57,167 bases of DNA, taken from NCBI GenBank assembly GCA_032718475.1, contig JAUCBJ010004916.1, forward strand, positions 1-57,167, given 5' to 3'. Shown one piece after another: positions 39,742 through 54,100 of this stretch; positions within the stretch are counted from its first letter, which is position 1, and every line of letters begins with the position of its first letter. The notes under the pieces were generated by a model. It searched no databases. It was not told the DNA's origin and saw nothing but the letters and a program-made list of their open reading frames with translations. A program made the translations under genes and the position numbers. The stretch comes from Nemertoderma westbladi. Taxonomy: Eukaryota; Animalia; Xenacoelomorpha.

Positions 39742-40911
39742 CTTCTCTGTTACCAATGCCGCCTGTTTCCTCCACTCATCTTCCCTCACAGCCTCCACCC
39801 GCCCCACCAACACCTTCCCGCTCTCCCGAACTGCCTCGTTTAGCCTATCAACCTCCTCTACCATTCCCTCTCTTCTCATCTTCTCCTCCTCCAACTCCCC
39901 ATTAAGTTTATCCCGTTGTCGCCCCCAATCAGCACGCAGTTTCCCCGCTTCCACCCTCATCCTACCCTCCGCCCTTCTCAGTTTCTCTTCCGCCTCCTCC
40001 GCTCTGCTTTTCCACGCCGCAACGCTCCTCTCCGACTCCCCAACTCGATCCTTAACTTCTCCCGCATCCTTGACAACCGCGTCTAGTTGCCTGGCAGCGT
40101 GGTCGAGCCGCTTCTCGAGACTATCCTTCTCCGCGCGTAACAACCGAGCGGTCCCGTTGTTCTCCGCTAGTCGTTGCTCCAGTTCGCGTTGCCGATGAGT
40201 TGCTTCGACCACGGTCGCCTCCCGTCGCGCCTCCATCGCCTCCAACTCGCCCGCCAACCCGCGCGCCCGTTGGTGCAACTCCAGGTTCTCTCGACGGACG
40301 TGCGCGAGCCGATTGCCATCCCGTTGCGCCGCCGCTCCCAACTCCGCCACCGTTTCCGCCTCAGAGGATCGCGTCGCCTCCAACTCAGTCTCGTGTTTCT
40401 CCATAAGTTCCTCGATGAATCTCGAGTGTTCTGCACGTTCCTGTTCCGATCGCGTCGACAATATCGCGTTCTCGTACTTGACTTTTCCGCTCTCCTTCCG
40501 GTATTCCTCCAACTCAGTCTCCATTATCTTTAATCGTTCTCGGAACGGCGTTTCAACCTCCTCCTGCAGTTTCGCTTTCATCGCGTCGAGTTTCTGCGGA
40601 CTGACCACCCACTTCCGCAGGTCGTCGACCTCCCGACTTCTCTCTGTCACCTCGGCTTGCAGTTTACCCAACAGATGGTTGTATTTCTCGTCCGACGCGA
40701 TTCGCTCCTCCCGAGAGGCCTGTATTTCGTCGGTTAACTGTCGGTAACTGTCCGACAGTCGCTGGTGCTCCGCTTTCAGCGACTGGTAGTTGAGTTTGTG
40801 CTGTTCCGATCGTATTTTCTCTTCCATTAAGAGTTTCTGGGTTTCTCCTTCGCGTACGAGAGAGGAAAGTGGTTGGTAATTTGTCGGATATGACGTCATC
40901 TCACCAGCCAT
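39742..40911 (-). CDS. CEP83: Centrosomal protein 83 (CCDC41, distal appendage), exon 1 (390 codons), nested antisense in a KAT6 intron
   Basis: QKLLMEEKIRSEQHKLNYQSLKAEH and VVSPQKLDAMKAKLQEEVETPFRER match the CEP83 N-terminal coiled coil; donor AAG|gttagt. Confidence 0.88.
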
Positions 40912-41318
40912 TTATTCATAAGATTATATCGTCGACCGTAATTAATTAAGTTTTTTGAGTCTACTCTACCTGATGATACGGTTGGCTTTGGCCGATTACA
41001 AATTATAATAATTTCTAAACTACCGACAATTTAGGTTGTCAGGAATCACTTACAATCATTTGACTTTATTCTGTTATTCTACGAATGTATGGATTGTTGG
41101 GGGTTGGGCATTTTTTAGAAGCCGAAAAATAAAGCATTATACTACAATTTGGTAATACAATAATATATCCCCTGGCATTGTAGCATACCACATGGTTCTT
41201 GGTACGGGGTGGCAAAGTATGGTGTGGACTCCTAAATATCCGAAAAATATGGCCGGGAGTTCTAGCATATGAGACCGATAGTATGGAACCGTAGTAACGC
41301 ACCAGCGCAGCGGCAATA

Positions 41319-41441
41319 GTAAACATGGTTACCGCTTACCGGTAGGCATAACTACTGATCTGATACAGTACCGGTATCAGTCTGATAGTTGGATGACGTG
41401 CCAATTCTCAATATTATTGTTGGTACCGTTGCTATAGTGAT
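41319..41441. promoter_or_regulatory. Candidate FOXJ1 site and RFX X-box-like motifs upstream of CEP83
   Basis: gtaaacatggttac (41319-41332) and gttgctatagtgat (41428-41441), 400-530 bp upstream of the ATG of a ciliary gene; imperfect matches. Confidence 0.35.
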
Positions 41442-41726
41442 GACTGTGGACTGTCACAGTGGAATAGCCGTAGTGGATTAATCTTTATCAGAGGATTCAT
41501 TCCTCTTTCTATCTGGCTCGCACATAAATAAAGTGCTCTGCTTACTAATATGGAATTATTTATACATAGTAAATTAATAATGATTAACAGCTGAGAAAAT
41601 AATTAAAAAAATTATACTAAATAAATAATATGTTGTCAACTATTAAGGCATTGAACTCAATTGTACGTCGTCAAGCCTTTGATTATTTATGTAAAGTTCT
41701 TTTTAAATATTGATTGTTTTTTTTAG

Positions 41727-42063
41727 GTTTGTCATTCGTGTTAATAAGGAGGCAGTTGCAGAATATCAAACCAAACGTGAACGTAAACCGCCTTTACATA
41801 TTGAAGCGAGCGCTTTACGCTGGGTACCTCCAAAACATGAGTCGCCAAATAGTAGACATTCACCAAACAGTAGACACTCACCAAACAGTAGACACTCACC
41901 AAACAGTAGACACTCACCTAATAGACACCACTCGCCACCTAGTAGACACTCACCAACCAGCAGACCATCGCGCCGTATTTCCCCGACTAGGGCTCGCTCC
42001 ACTTCGGTGTCTGTAGATTCAACTACTCCTGGAATACTTTGCGGCAGTGAAACGGACGATCTG
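41727..42063 (+). CDS. KAT6: KAT6 exon: end of MYST domain plus (SPNSRH)n repeat; gene continues beyond the window
   Basis: ttttag|(K)FVIRVNKEAV...IEASALRWVPP matches the MYST C-terminal LRWxP motif; donor ctg|gtaagt; no stop codon before the donor. Confidence 0.88.
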
Positions 42064-42139
42064 GTAAGTCACAAACTGTAGGAACTAACACCGGGAAAGT
42101 TTGGGCGGCCCAAAAAATTATAAGAAATAATTTCTAAGA

Positions 42140-45100
42140 CCTTGGGTAAAATTTGGGTTGTCCTTAACAAACTGTCTAAACCTTGGGTAAAATTTGGGTT
42201 GTCCTTAACAAACTGTCTAAACCTTGGGTAAAATTTGGGTTGTCCTAACAAACTGTCTAAACCTTGGGTAAAATTTGGGTTGTCCTTAACAAACTGTCTA
42301 AACCTTGGGTAAAATTTGGGTTGTCCTTAACAAACTGTCTAAACCTTGGGTAAAATTTGGGTTGTCCTTAACAAACTGTCTAAACCTTGGGTAAAATTTG
42401 GGTTGTCCTTAACAAACTGTCTAAACCTTGGGTAAAATTTGGGTTGTCCTTAACAAACTGTCTAAACCTTGGGTAAAATTTGGGTTGTCCTTAACAAACT
42501 GTCTAAACCTTGGGTAAAATTTGGGTTGTCCTTAACAAACTGTCTAAACCTTGGGTAAAATTTGGGTTGTCCTTAACAAACTGTCTAAACCTTGGGTAAA
42601 ATTTGGGTTGTCCATAACAAACTGTCTAAACCTTGGGTAAAATTTGGGTTGTCCTTAAACTGTCTAAACCTAGGGGAAATTTTGGGTTGTCCTTAACAAA
42701 CTGTCTAAACCTTGGGTAAAATTTGGGTTGTCCTTAACAAACTGTCTAAACCTTGGGTAAAATTTGGGTTGTCCATAACAAACTGTCTAAACCTTGGGTA
42801 AAATTTGGGTTGTCCTTAACAAACTGTCTAAACCTTAGGTAAAATTTGGGTTGTCCTTAACAAACTGTCTAAACCTTGGGTAAAATTTGGGTTGTCCATA
42901 ACAAACTGTCTAAACCTTGGGTAAAATTTGGGTTGTCCTTAACAAACTGTCTAAACCTTAGGTAAAATTTGGGTTGTCCTTAACAAACTGTCTAAACCTT
43001 GGGTAAAATTTGGGTTGTCCATAACAAACTGTCTAAACCTTGGGTAAAATTTGGGTTGTCCTTAACAAACTGTCTAAACCTTGGGTAAAATTTGGGTTGT
43101 CCTTAACAAACTGTCTAAACCTTGGGAAAAATTTGGGTTGTCCTTAACAAACTGTCTAAACCTTGGGTAAAATTTGGGTTGTCCATAACAAACTGTCTAA
43201 ACCTTGGGTAAAATTTGGGTTGTCCTTAACAAACTGTCTAAACCTTGGGTAAAATTTGGGTTGTCCTTAACAAACTGTCTAAACCTTGGGTAAAATTTGG
43301 GTTGTCCTTATAACAAACTGTCTAAACCTTGGGTAAAATTTGGGTTGTCCTTAACAAACTGTCTAAACCTTGGGTAAAATTTGGGTTGTCCATAACAAAC
43401 TGTCTAAACCTTGGGTAAAATTTGGGTTGTCCTTAACAAACTGTCTAAACCTTGGGTAAAATTTGGGTTGTCCTTAACAAACTGTCTAAACCTTGGGTAA
43501 AATTTGGGTTGTCCTTAACAAACTGTCTTAACCTTGGGTAAAATTTGGGTTGTCCTTAACAAACTGTCTAAACCTTGGGTAAAATTTGGGTTGTCCTTAA
43601 CAAACTGTCTAAACCTTGGGTAAAATTTGGGTTGTCCTTAACAAACTGTCTAAACCTTGGGTAAAATTTGGGTTGTCCATAACAAACTGTCTAAACCTTT
43701 GGTAAAATTTGGGTTGTCCATAACAAACTGTCTAAACCTTGGGTAAAATTTGGGTTGTCCTTAAACTGTCTAAACCTGGGGGAAATTTTGGGTTGTCCTT
43801 AACAAACTGTCTAAACCTTGGGTAAAATTTGGGTTGTCCTTAACAAACTGTCTAAACCTTGGGTAAAATTTGGGTTGTCCATAACAAACTGTCTAAACCT
43901 TGGGTAAAATTTGGGTTGTCCTTAACAAACTGTCTAAACCTTGGGTAAAATTTGGGTTGTCCATAACAAACTGTCTAAACCTTGGGTAAAATTTGGGTTG
44001 TCCTTAACAAACTGTCTAAACCTTGGGTAAAATTTGGGTTGTCCTTAACAAACTGTCTAAACCTTGGGTAAAATTTGGGTTGTCCTTAACAAACTGTCTA
44101 AACCTTGGGTAAAATTTGGGTTGTCCATAACAAACTGTCTAAACCTTGGGTAAAATTTGGGTTGTCCTTAACAAACTGTCTAAACCTTGGGTAAAATTTG
44201 GGTTGTCCTTAAACTGTCTAAACCTTGGGTAAAATTTGGGTTGTCCTTAACAAACTGTCTAAACCTTGGGTAAAATTTGGGTTGTCCTTAACAAACTGTC
44301 TAAACCTTGGGTAAAATTTGGGTTGTCCATAACAAACTGTCTAAACCTTGGGTAAAATTTGGGTTGTCCTTAACAAACTGTCTAAACCTTGGGTAAAATT
44401 TGGGTTGTCCTTAACAAACTGTCTAAACCTTGGGTAAAATTTGGGTTGTCCTTAACAAACTGTCTAAACCTTGGGTAAAATTTGGGTTGTCCATAACAAA
44501 CTGTCTAAACCTTTGGTAAAATTTGAGTTGTCCTTAACAAACTGTCTAAACCTTGGGTAAAATTTGGGTTGTCCTTAAACTGTCTAAACCTGGGGGAAAT
44601 TTTGGGTTGTCCTTAACAAACTGTCTAAACCTTGGGTAAAATTTGGGTTGTCCATAACAAACTGTCTAAACCTTTGGTAAAATTTGAGTTGTCCTTAACA
44701 AACTGTCTAAACCTTTGATAAAATTTGAGTTGTCCTTAACAAACTGTCTAAACCTTTGGTAAAATTTGAGTTGTCCATAACAAACTGTCTAAACCTTTGG
44801 TAAAATTTGAGTTGTCCTTAACAAACTGTCTAAACCTTGGGTAAAATTTGGGTTGTCCTTAACAAACTGTCTAAACCTTTGGTAAAATTTGAGTTGTCCT
44901 TAACAAACTGTCTAAACCTTGGTTAAAATTTGGGTTGTCCATAACAAACTGTCTAAACCTTGGGTAAAATTTGGGTTGTCCTTAACAAACTGTCTAAACC
45001 TTGGGTAAAATTTGGGTTGTCCTTAAACTGTCTAAACCTTGGGTAAAATTTGGGTTGTCCTTAACAAACTGTCTAAACCTTGGGTAAAATTTGGGTTGTC

Positions 45101-48100
45101 CTTAACAAACTGTCTAAACCTTGGGTAAAATTTGGGTTGTCCATAACAAACTGTCTAAACCTTGGGTAAAATTTGGGTTGTCCTTAACAAACTGTCTAAA
45201 CCTTGGGTAAAATTTGGGTTGTCCTTAACAAACTGTCTAAACCTTGGGTAAAATTTGGGTTGTCCTTAACAAACTGTCTAAACCTTGGGTAAAATTTGGG
45301 TTGTCCTTAACAAACTGTCTAAACCTTTGGTAAAATTTGAGTTGTCCTTAACAAACTGTCTAAACCTTGGGTAAAATTTGGGTTGTCCTTAACAAACTGT
45401 CTAAACCTTGGGTAAAATTTGGGTTGTCCTTAACAAACTGTCTAAACCTTGGGTAAAATTTGGGTTGTCCATAACAAACTGTCTAAACCTTTGGTAAAAT
45501 TTGAGTTGTCCTTAACAAACTGTCTAAACCTTTGATAAAATTTGAGTTGTCCTTAACAAACTGTCTAAACCTTTGGTAAAATTTGAGTTGTCCATAACAA
45601 ACTGTCTAAACCTTTGGTAAAATTTGAGTTGTCCTTAACAAACTGTCTAAACCTTGGGTAAAATTTGGGTTGTCCTTAACAAACTGTCTAAACCTTTGGT
45701 AAAATTTGAGTTGTCCTTAACAAACTGTCTAAACCTTGGTTAAAATTTGGGTTGTCCATAACAAACTGTCTAAACCTTTGGTAAAATTTGAGTTGTCCTT
45801 AACAAACTGTCTAAACCTTGGGTAAAATTTGGGTTGTCCTTAACAAACTGTCTAAACCTTTGGTAAAATTTGAGTTGTCCTTAACAAACTGTCTAAACCT
45901 TGGTTAAAATTTGGGTTGTCCATAACAAACTGTCTAAACCTTGGGTAAAATTTGGGTTGTCCTTAACAAACTGTCTAAACCTTGGGTAAAATTTGGGTTG
46001 TCCTTAACAAACTGTCTAAACCTAGGGGAAATTTTGGGTTGTCCATAACAAACTGTCTAAACCTTGGGTAAAATTTGGGTTGTCCTTAACAAACTGTCTA
46101 AACCTTGGGTAAAATTTGGGTTGTCCTTAACAAACTGTCTAAACCTTGGGTAAAATTTGGGTTGTCCTTAACAAACTGTCTAAACCTTGGGTAAAATTTG
46201 AGTTGTCCTTAACAAACTGTCTAAACCTTGGGTAAAATTTGAGTTGTCCTTAACAAACTGTCTAAACCTTTGATAAAATTTGAGTTGTCCTTAACAAACT
46301 GTCTAAACCTTGGTTAAAATTTGGGTTGTCCATAACAAACTGTCTAAACCTTGGGTAAAATTTGGGTTGTCCTTAACAAACTGTCTAAACCTTGGGTAAA
46401 ATTTGGGTTGTCCTTAACAAACTGTCTAAACCTTGGGTAAAATTTGGGTTGTCCTTAACAAACTGTCTAAACCTTGGGTAAAATTTGGGTTGTCCTTAAC
46501 AAACTGTCTAAACCTTGGGTAAAATTTGAGTTGTCCTTAACAAACTGTCTAAACCTTGGGTAAAATTTGAGTTGTCCTTAACAAACTGTCTAAACCTTTG
46601 ATAAAATTTGAGTTGTCCTTAACAAACTGTCTAAACCTTTGGTAAAATTTGAGTTGTCCATAACAAACTGTCTAAACCTTTGGTAAAATTTGAGTTGTCC
46701 TTAACAAACTGTCTAAACCTTGGGTAAAATTTGGGTTGTCCTTAACAAACTGTCTAAACCTTTGGTAAAATTTGAGTTGTCCTTAACAAACTGTCTAAAC
46801 CTTGGTTAAAATTTGGGTTGTCCATAACAAACTGTCTAAACCTTGGGTAAAATTTGGGTTGTCCTTAACAAACTGTCTAAACCTTGGGTAAAATTTGGGT
46901 TGTCCTTAACAAACTGTCTAAACCTAGGGGAAATTTTGGGTTGTCCTTAACAAACTGTCTAAACCTTTGGTAAAATTTGGGTTGTCCTTAACAAACTGTC
47001 TAAACCTTTGGTAAAATTTGAGTTGTCCTTAACAAACTGTCTAAACCTTTGGTAAAATTTGAGTTGTCCTTAACAAACTGTCTAAACCTTTGGTAAAATT
47101 TGAGTTGTCCATAACAAACTGTCTAAACCTTTGGTAAAATTTGAGTTGTCCTTAACAAACTGTCTAAACCTTGGGTAAAATTTGGGTTGTCCATAACAAA
47201 CTGTCTAAACCTTGGGTAAAATTTGGGTTGTCCTTAACAAACTGTCTAAACCTTGGGTAAAATTTGGGTTGTCCATAACAAACTGTCTAAACCTTGGGTA
47301 AAATTTGGGTTGTCCTTAACAAACTGTCTAAACCTTGGGTAAAATTTGGGTTGTCCTTAACAAACTGTCTAAACCTTGGGTAAAATTTGGGTTGTCCTTA
47401 ACAAACTGTCTAAACCTTGGGTAAAATTTGGGTTGTCCATAACAAACTGTCTAAACCTTGGGTAAAATTTGGGTTGTCCTTAACAAACTGTCTAAACCTT
47501 GGTAAAATTTGGGTTGTCCTTAACAAACTGTCTAAACCTTGGGTAAAATTTGGGTTTTCCATAACAAACTGTCTAAACCTAGGGTAAAATTTGGGTTGTC
47601 CTTAACAAACTGTCTAAACCTTGGGTAAAATTTGGGTTGTCCATAACAAACTGTCTAAACCTTGGGTAAAATTTGGGTTGTCCTTAACAAACTGTCTAAA
47701 CCTAGGGGAAATTTTGGGTTGTCCTTAACAAACTGTCTAAACCTTGGGTAAAATTTGAGTTGTCCTTAACAAACTGTCTAAACCTAGGGTAAAATTTGGG
47801 TTGTCCTTAACAAACTGTCTAAACCTTGGGTAAAATTTGGGTTGTCTTTTAAACCTTGGGTAAAATTTGAGTTGTCCTTAACAAACTGTCTAAACCTAGG
47901 GTAAAATTTGGGTTGTCCTTAACAAACTGTCTAAACCTTGGGTAAAATTTGGGTTGTCTTTAACAAACTGTCTAAACCTTGGGTAAAATTTGAGTTGTCC
48001 TTAACAAACTGTCTAAACCTAGGGTAAAATTTGGGTTGTCCTTAACAAACTGTCTAAACCTTGGGTAAAATTTGGGTTGTCCTTAACAAACTGTCTAAAC

Positions 48101-51100
48101 CTTGGGTAAAATTTGGGTTGTCCATAACAAACTGTCTAAACCTTGGGTAAAATTTGGGTTGTCCTTAACAAACTGTCTAAAAAACCTTGGGTAAAATTTG
48201 GGTTGTCCTTAACAAACTGTCTAAACCTTGGGTAAAATTTGGGTTGTCCTTAACAAACTGTCTAAACCTTGGGTAAAATTTGGGTTGTCCTTAACAAACT
48301 GTCTAAACCTTTGGTAAAATTTGAGTTGTCCTTAACAAACTGTCTAAACCTTGGGTAAAATTTGGGTTGTCCTTAACAAACTGTCTAAACCTTGGGTAAA
48401 ATTTGGGTTGTCCTTAACAAACTGTCTAAACCTTGGGTAAAATTTGGGTTGTCCATAACAAACTGTCTAAACCTTTGGTAAAATTTGAGTTGTCCTTAAC
48501 AAACTGTCTAAACCTTTGATAAAATTTGAGTTGTCCTTAACAAACTGTCTAAACCTTTGGTAAAATTTGAGTTGTCCATAACAAACTGTCTAAACCTTTG
48601 GTAAAATTTGAGTTGTCCTTAACAAACTGTCTAAACCTTGGGTAAAATTTGGGTTGTCCTTAACAAACTGTCTAAACCTTTGGTAAAATTTGAGTTGTCC
48701 TTAACAAACTGTCTAAACCTTGGTTAAAATTTGGGTTGTCCATAACAAACTGTCTAAACCTTGGGTAAAATTTGGGTTGTCCTTAACAAACTGTCTAAAC
48801 CTTGGGTAAAATTTGGGTTGTCCTTAACAAACTGTCTAAACCTTGGGTAAAATTTGGGTTGTCCTTAACAAACTGTCTAAACCTTTGGTAAAATTTGAGT
48901 TGTCCTTAACAAACTGTCTAAACCTTTGGTAAAATTTGAGTTGTCCTTAACAAACTGTCTAAACCTTTGGTAAAATTTGAGTTGTCCATAACAAACTGTC
49001 TAAACCTTTGGTAAAATTTGAGTTGTCCTTAACAAACTGTCTAAACCTTGGGTAAAATTTGGGTTGTCCATAACAAACTGTCTAAACCTTGGGTAAAATT
49101 TGGGTTGTCCTTAACAAACTGTCTAAACCTTGGGTAAAATTTGGGTTGTCCATAACAAACTGTCTAAACCTTGGGTAAAATTTGGGTTGTCCTTAACAAA
49201 CTGTCTAAACCTTGGGTAAAATTTGGGTTGTCCTTAACAAACTGTCTAAACCTTGGGTAAAATTTGGGTTGTCCTTAACAAACTGTCTAAACCTTGGGTA
49301 AAATTTGGGTTGTCCATAACAAACTGTCTAAACCTTGGGTAAAATTTGGGTTGTCCTTAACAAACTGTCTAAACCTTGGTAAAATTTGGGTTGTCCTTAA
49401 CAAACTGTCTAAACCTTGGGTAAAATTTGGGTTTTCCATAACAAACTGTCTAAACCTAGGGTAAAATTTGGGTTGTCCTTAACAAACTGTCTAAACCTTG
49501 GGTAAAATTTGGGTTGTCCATAACAAACTGTCTAAACCTTGGGTAAAATTTGGGTTGTCCTTAACAAACTGTCTAAACCTAGGGGAAATTTTGGGTTGTC
49601 CTTAACAAACTGTCTAAACCTTGGGTAAAATTTGAGTTGTCCTTAACAAACTGTCTAAACCTAGGGTAAAATTTGGGTTGTCCTTAACAAACTGTCTAAA
49701 CCTTGGGTAAAATTTGGGTTGTCTTTTAAACCTTGGGTAAAATTTGAGTTGTCCTTAACAAACTGTCTAAACCTAGGGTAAAATTTGGGTTGTCCTTAAC
49801 AAACTGTCTAAACCTTGGGTAAAATTTGGGTTGTCTTTAACAAACTGTCTAAACCTTGGGTAAAATTTGAGTTGTCCTTAACAAACTGTCTAAACCTAGG
49901 GTAAAATTTGGGTTGTCCTTAACAAACTGTCTAAACCTTGGGTAAAATTTGGGTTGTCCTTAACAAACTGTCTAAACCTTGGGTAAAATTTGGGTTGTCC
50001 TTAACAAACTGTCTAAACCTTGGGTAAAATTTGGGTTGTCCTTAACAAACTGTCTAAACCTTGGGTAAAATTTGGGTTGTCTTTAACAAACTGTCTAAAC
50101 CTTGGGTAAAATTTGAGTTGTCCTTAACAAACTGTCTAAACCTAGGGTAAAATTTGGGTTGTCCTTAACAAACTGTCTAAACCTTGGGTAAAATTTGGGT
50201 TGTCCTTAACAAACTGTCTAAACCTTGGGTAAAATTTGGGTTGTCCTTAACAAACTGTCTAAACCTTGGGTAAAATTTGGGTTGTCCTTAACAAACTGTC
50301 TAAACCTTGGGTAAAATTTGGGTTGTCCTTAACAAACTTTTTAAACCTTGGGGAAAATTTGGGTTGTCCTTAACAAATTCTCTAAACCTTGGGTAAAATT
50401 TGGGTTGTCTTTAACAAACTGTCTAAACCTACGGTAAAATTTGGGTTGTCTTTAACAAACTGTCTAAACCTTGGGTAAAATTTGGGTTGTCCTTAACAAA
50501 CTTTTTAAACCTTGGGGAAAATTTGGGTTGTCCTTAACAAATTGTCTAAACCTTGGGTAAAATTTGGGTTGTCTTTAACAAACTGTCTAAACCTTGGGTA
50601 AAATTTGGGTTGTCTTTAACAAACTGTCTAAACCTTGGGTAAAATTTGAGTTGTCCTTAACAAACTGTCTAAACCTAGGGGAAATTTTGGGTTGTCCTTA
50701 ACAAACTGTCTAAACCTAGGGTAAAATTTGGGTTGTTGTCCTTAACAAACTGTCTAAACCTTGGGTACAATTTGGGTTGTCCTTAACAAACTGTCTAAAC
50801 CTTGGGTAAAATTTGGGTTGTCCATAACAAACTGTCTAAACCTTGGGTAAAATTTGGGTTGTCCTTAACAAACTGTCTAAACCTTGGGTAAAATTTGGGT
50901 TGTCCTTAACAAACTGTCTAAACCTTGGGTAAAATTTGGGTTGTCCTTAACAAACTGTCTAAACCTTGGGTAAAATTTGGGTTGTCCATAACAAACTGTC
51001 TAAACCTTGGGTAAAATTTGGGTTGTCCTTAACAAACTGTCTAAACCTTGGGTAAAATTTGGGTTGTCCTTAACAAACTGTCTAAACCTTGGGTAAAATT

Positions 51101-54100
51101 TGGGTTGTCCTTAACAAACTGTCTAAACCTTGGGTAAAATTTGGGTTGTCCTTAACAAACTGTCTAAACCTTGGGTAAAATTTGGGTTGTCCATAACAAA
51201 CTGTCTAAACCTTGGGTAAAATTTGGGTTGTCCTTAACAAACTGTCTAAACCTTGGGTAAAATTTGGGTTGTCCTTAACAAACTGTCTAAACCTTGGGTA
51301 AAATTTGGGTTGTCCTTAACAAACTGTCTAAACCTTGGGTAAAATTTGGGTTGTCCTTAACAAACTGTCTAAACCTTTGGTAAAATTTGAGTTGTCCTTA
51401 ACAAACTGTCTAAACCTTGGGTAAAATTTGGGTTGTCCTTAACAAACTGTCTAAACCTTGGGTAAAATTTGGGTTGTCCTTAACAAACTGTCTAAACCTT
51501 GGGTAAAATTTGGGTTGTCCATAACAAACTGTCTAAACCTTTGGTAAAATTTGAGTTGTCCTTAACAAACTGTCTAAACCTTTGATAAAATTTGAGTTGT
51601 CCTTAACAAACTGTCTAAACCTTTGGTAAAATTTGAGTTGTCCATAACAAACTGTCTAAACCTTTGGTAAAATTTGAGTTGTCCTTAACAAACTGTCTAA
51701 ACCTTGGGTAAAATTTGGGTTGTCCTTAACAAACTGTCTAAACCTTTGGTAAAATTTGAGTTGTCCTTAACAAACTGTCTAAACCTTGGTTAAAATTTGG
51801 GTTGTCCATAACAAACTGTCTAAACCTTGGGTAAAATTTGGGTTGTCCTTAACAAACTGTCTAAACCTTGGGTACAATTTGGGTTGTCCTTAACAAACTG
51901 TCTAAACCTTGGGTAAAATTTCGATTGTCCTTAACAAACTGTCTAAACCTTTGGTAAAATTTGAGTTGTCCTTAACAAACTGTCTAAACCTTTGGTAAAA
52001 TTTGAGTTGTCCTTAACAAACTGTCTAAACCTTTGGTAAAATTTGAGTTGTCCATAACAAACTGTCTAAACCTTTGGTAAAATTTGAGTTGTCCTTAACA
52101 AACTGTCTAAACCTTGGGTAAAATTTGGGTTGTCCATAACAAACTGTCTAAACCTTGGGTAAAATTTGGGTTGTCCTTAACAAACTGTCTAAACCTTGGG
52201 TAAAATTTGGGTTGTCCATAACAAACTGTCTAAACCTTGGGTAAAATTTGGGTTGTCCTTAACAAACTGTCTAAACCTTGGGTAAAATTTGGGTTGTCCT
52301 TAACAAACTGTCTAAACCTTGGGTAAAATTTGGGTTGTCCTTAACAAACTGTCTAAACCTTGGGTAAAATTTGGGTTGTCCATAACAAACTGTCTAAACC
52401 TTGGGTAAAATTTGGGTTGTCCTTAACAAACTGTCTAAACCTTGGTAAAATTTGGGTTGTCCTTAACAAACTGTCTAAACCTTGGGTAAAATTTGGGTTT
52501 TCCATAACAAACTGTCTAAACCTAGGGTAAAATTTGGGTTGTCCTTAACAAACTGTCTAAACCTTGGGTAAAATTTGGGTTGTCCATAACAAACTGTCTA
52601 AACCTTGGGTAAAATTTGGGTTGTCCTTAACAAACTGTCTAAACCTAGGGGAAATTTTGGTTTGTCCTTAACAAACTGTCTAAACCTTGGGTAAAATTTG
52701 AGTTGTCCTTAACAAACTGTCTAAACCTAGGGTAAAATTTGGGTTGTCCTTAACAAACTGTCTAAACCTTGGGTAAAATTTGGGTTGTCTTTAACAAACT
52801 GTCTAAACCTTGGGTAAAATTTGAGTTGTCCTTAACAAACTGTCTAAACCTAGGGTAAAATTTGGGTTGTCCTTAACAAACTGTCTAAACCTTGGGTAAA
52901 ATTTGGGTTGTCCTTAACAAACTGTCTAAACCTTGGGTAAAATTTGGGTTGTCCTTAACAAACTGTCTAAACCTTGGGTAAAATTTGGGTTGTCCTTAAC
53001 AAACTGTCTAAACCTTGGGTAAAATTTGAGTTGTCCTTAACAAACTGTCTAAACCTAGGGTAAAATTTGGGTTGTCCTTAACAAACTGTCTAAACCTTGG
53101 GTAAAATTTGGGTTGTCTTTAACAAATTGTCTAAACCTTGGGTAAAATTTGAGTTGTCCTTAACAAACTGTCTAAACCTAGGGTAAAATTTGGGTTGTCC
53201 TTAACAAACTGTCTAAACCTTGGGTACAATTTGGGTTGTCCTTAACAAACTGTCTAAACCTTGGGTAAAATTTGGGTTGTCCTTAACAAACTGTCTAAAC
53301 CTTGGGTAAAATTTGGGTTGTCCTTAACAAACTGTCTAAACCTTGGGTAAAATTTGGGTTGTCCTTAACAAACTTTTTAAACCTTGGGGAAAATTTGGGT
53401 TGTCCTTAACAAATTCTCTAAACCTTGGGTAAAATTTGGGTTGTCTTTAACAAACTGTCTAAACCTACGGTAAAATTTGGGTTGTCTTTAACAAACTGTC
53501 TAAACCTTGGGTAAAATTTGGGTTGTCCTTAACAAACTTTTTAAACCTTGGGGAAAATTTGGGTTGTCCTTAACAAATTGTCTAAACCTTGGGTAAAATT
53601 TGGGTTGTCTTTAACAAACTGTCTAAACCTTGGGTAAAATTTGGGTTGTCTTTAACAAACTGTCTAAACCTTGGGTAAAATTTGAGTTGTCCTTAACAAA
53701 CTGTCTAAACCTAGGGGAAATTTTGGGTTGTCCTTAACAAACTGTCTAAACCTAGGGTAAAATTTGGGTTGTCCTTAACAAACTGTCTAAACCTTGGGTA
53801 CAATTTGGGTTGTCCTTAACAAACTGTCTAAACCTTGGGTAAAATTTGGGTTGTCCTTAACAAACTGTCTAAACCTTGGGTAAAATTTGGGTTGTCCTTA
53901 ACAAACTGTCTAAACCTTGGGTAAAATTTGAGTTGTCCTTAACAAACTGTCTAAACCTAGGGTAAACTTTGGGTTGTCCTTAACAAACTGTCTAAACCTT
54001 GGGTAAAATTTGGGTTGTCTTTAACAAACTGTCTTTACCTTTGGTAAAATTTGGGTTGTCCTTAACAAACTGTCTAAACCTAGGGTAAAATTTGAGTTGT

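Noticed and set aside
37840-39843. Long repetitive ORFs (VCGPLSHSMWATLSQY...) and similar ORFs at 35012-35413, 28684-29440 and 42069-42251
   Set aside because: Artifacts of stop-free frames in 22-, 31- and 41-bp tandem repeats.
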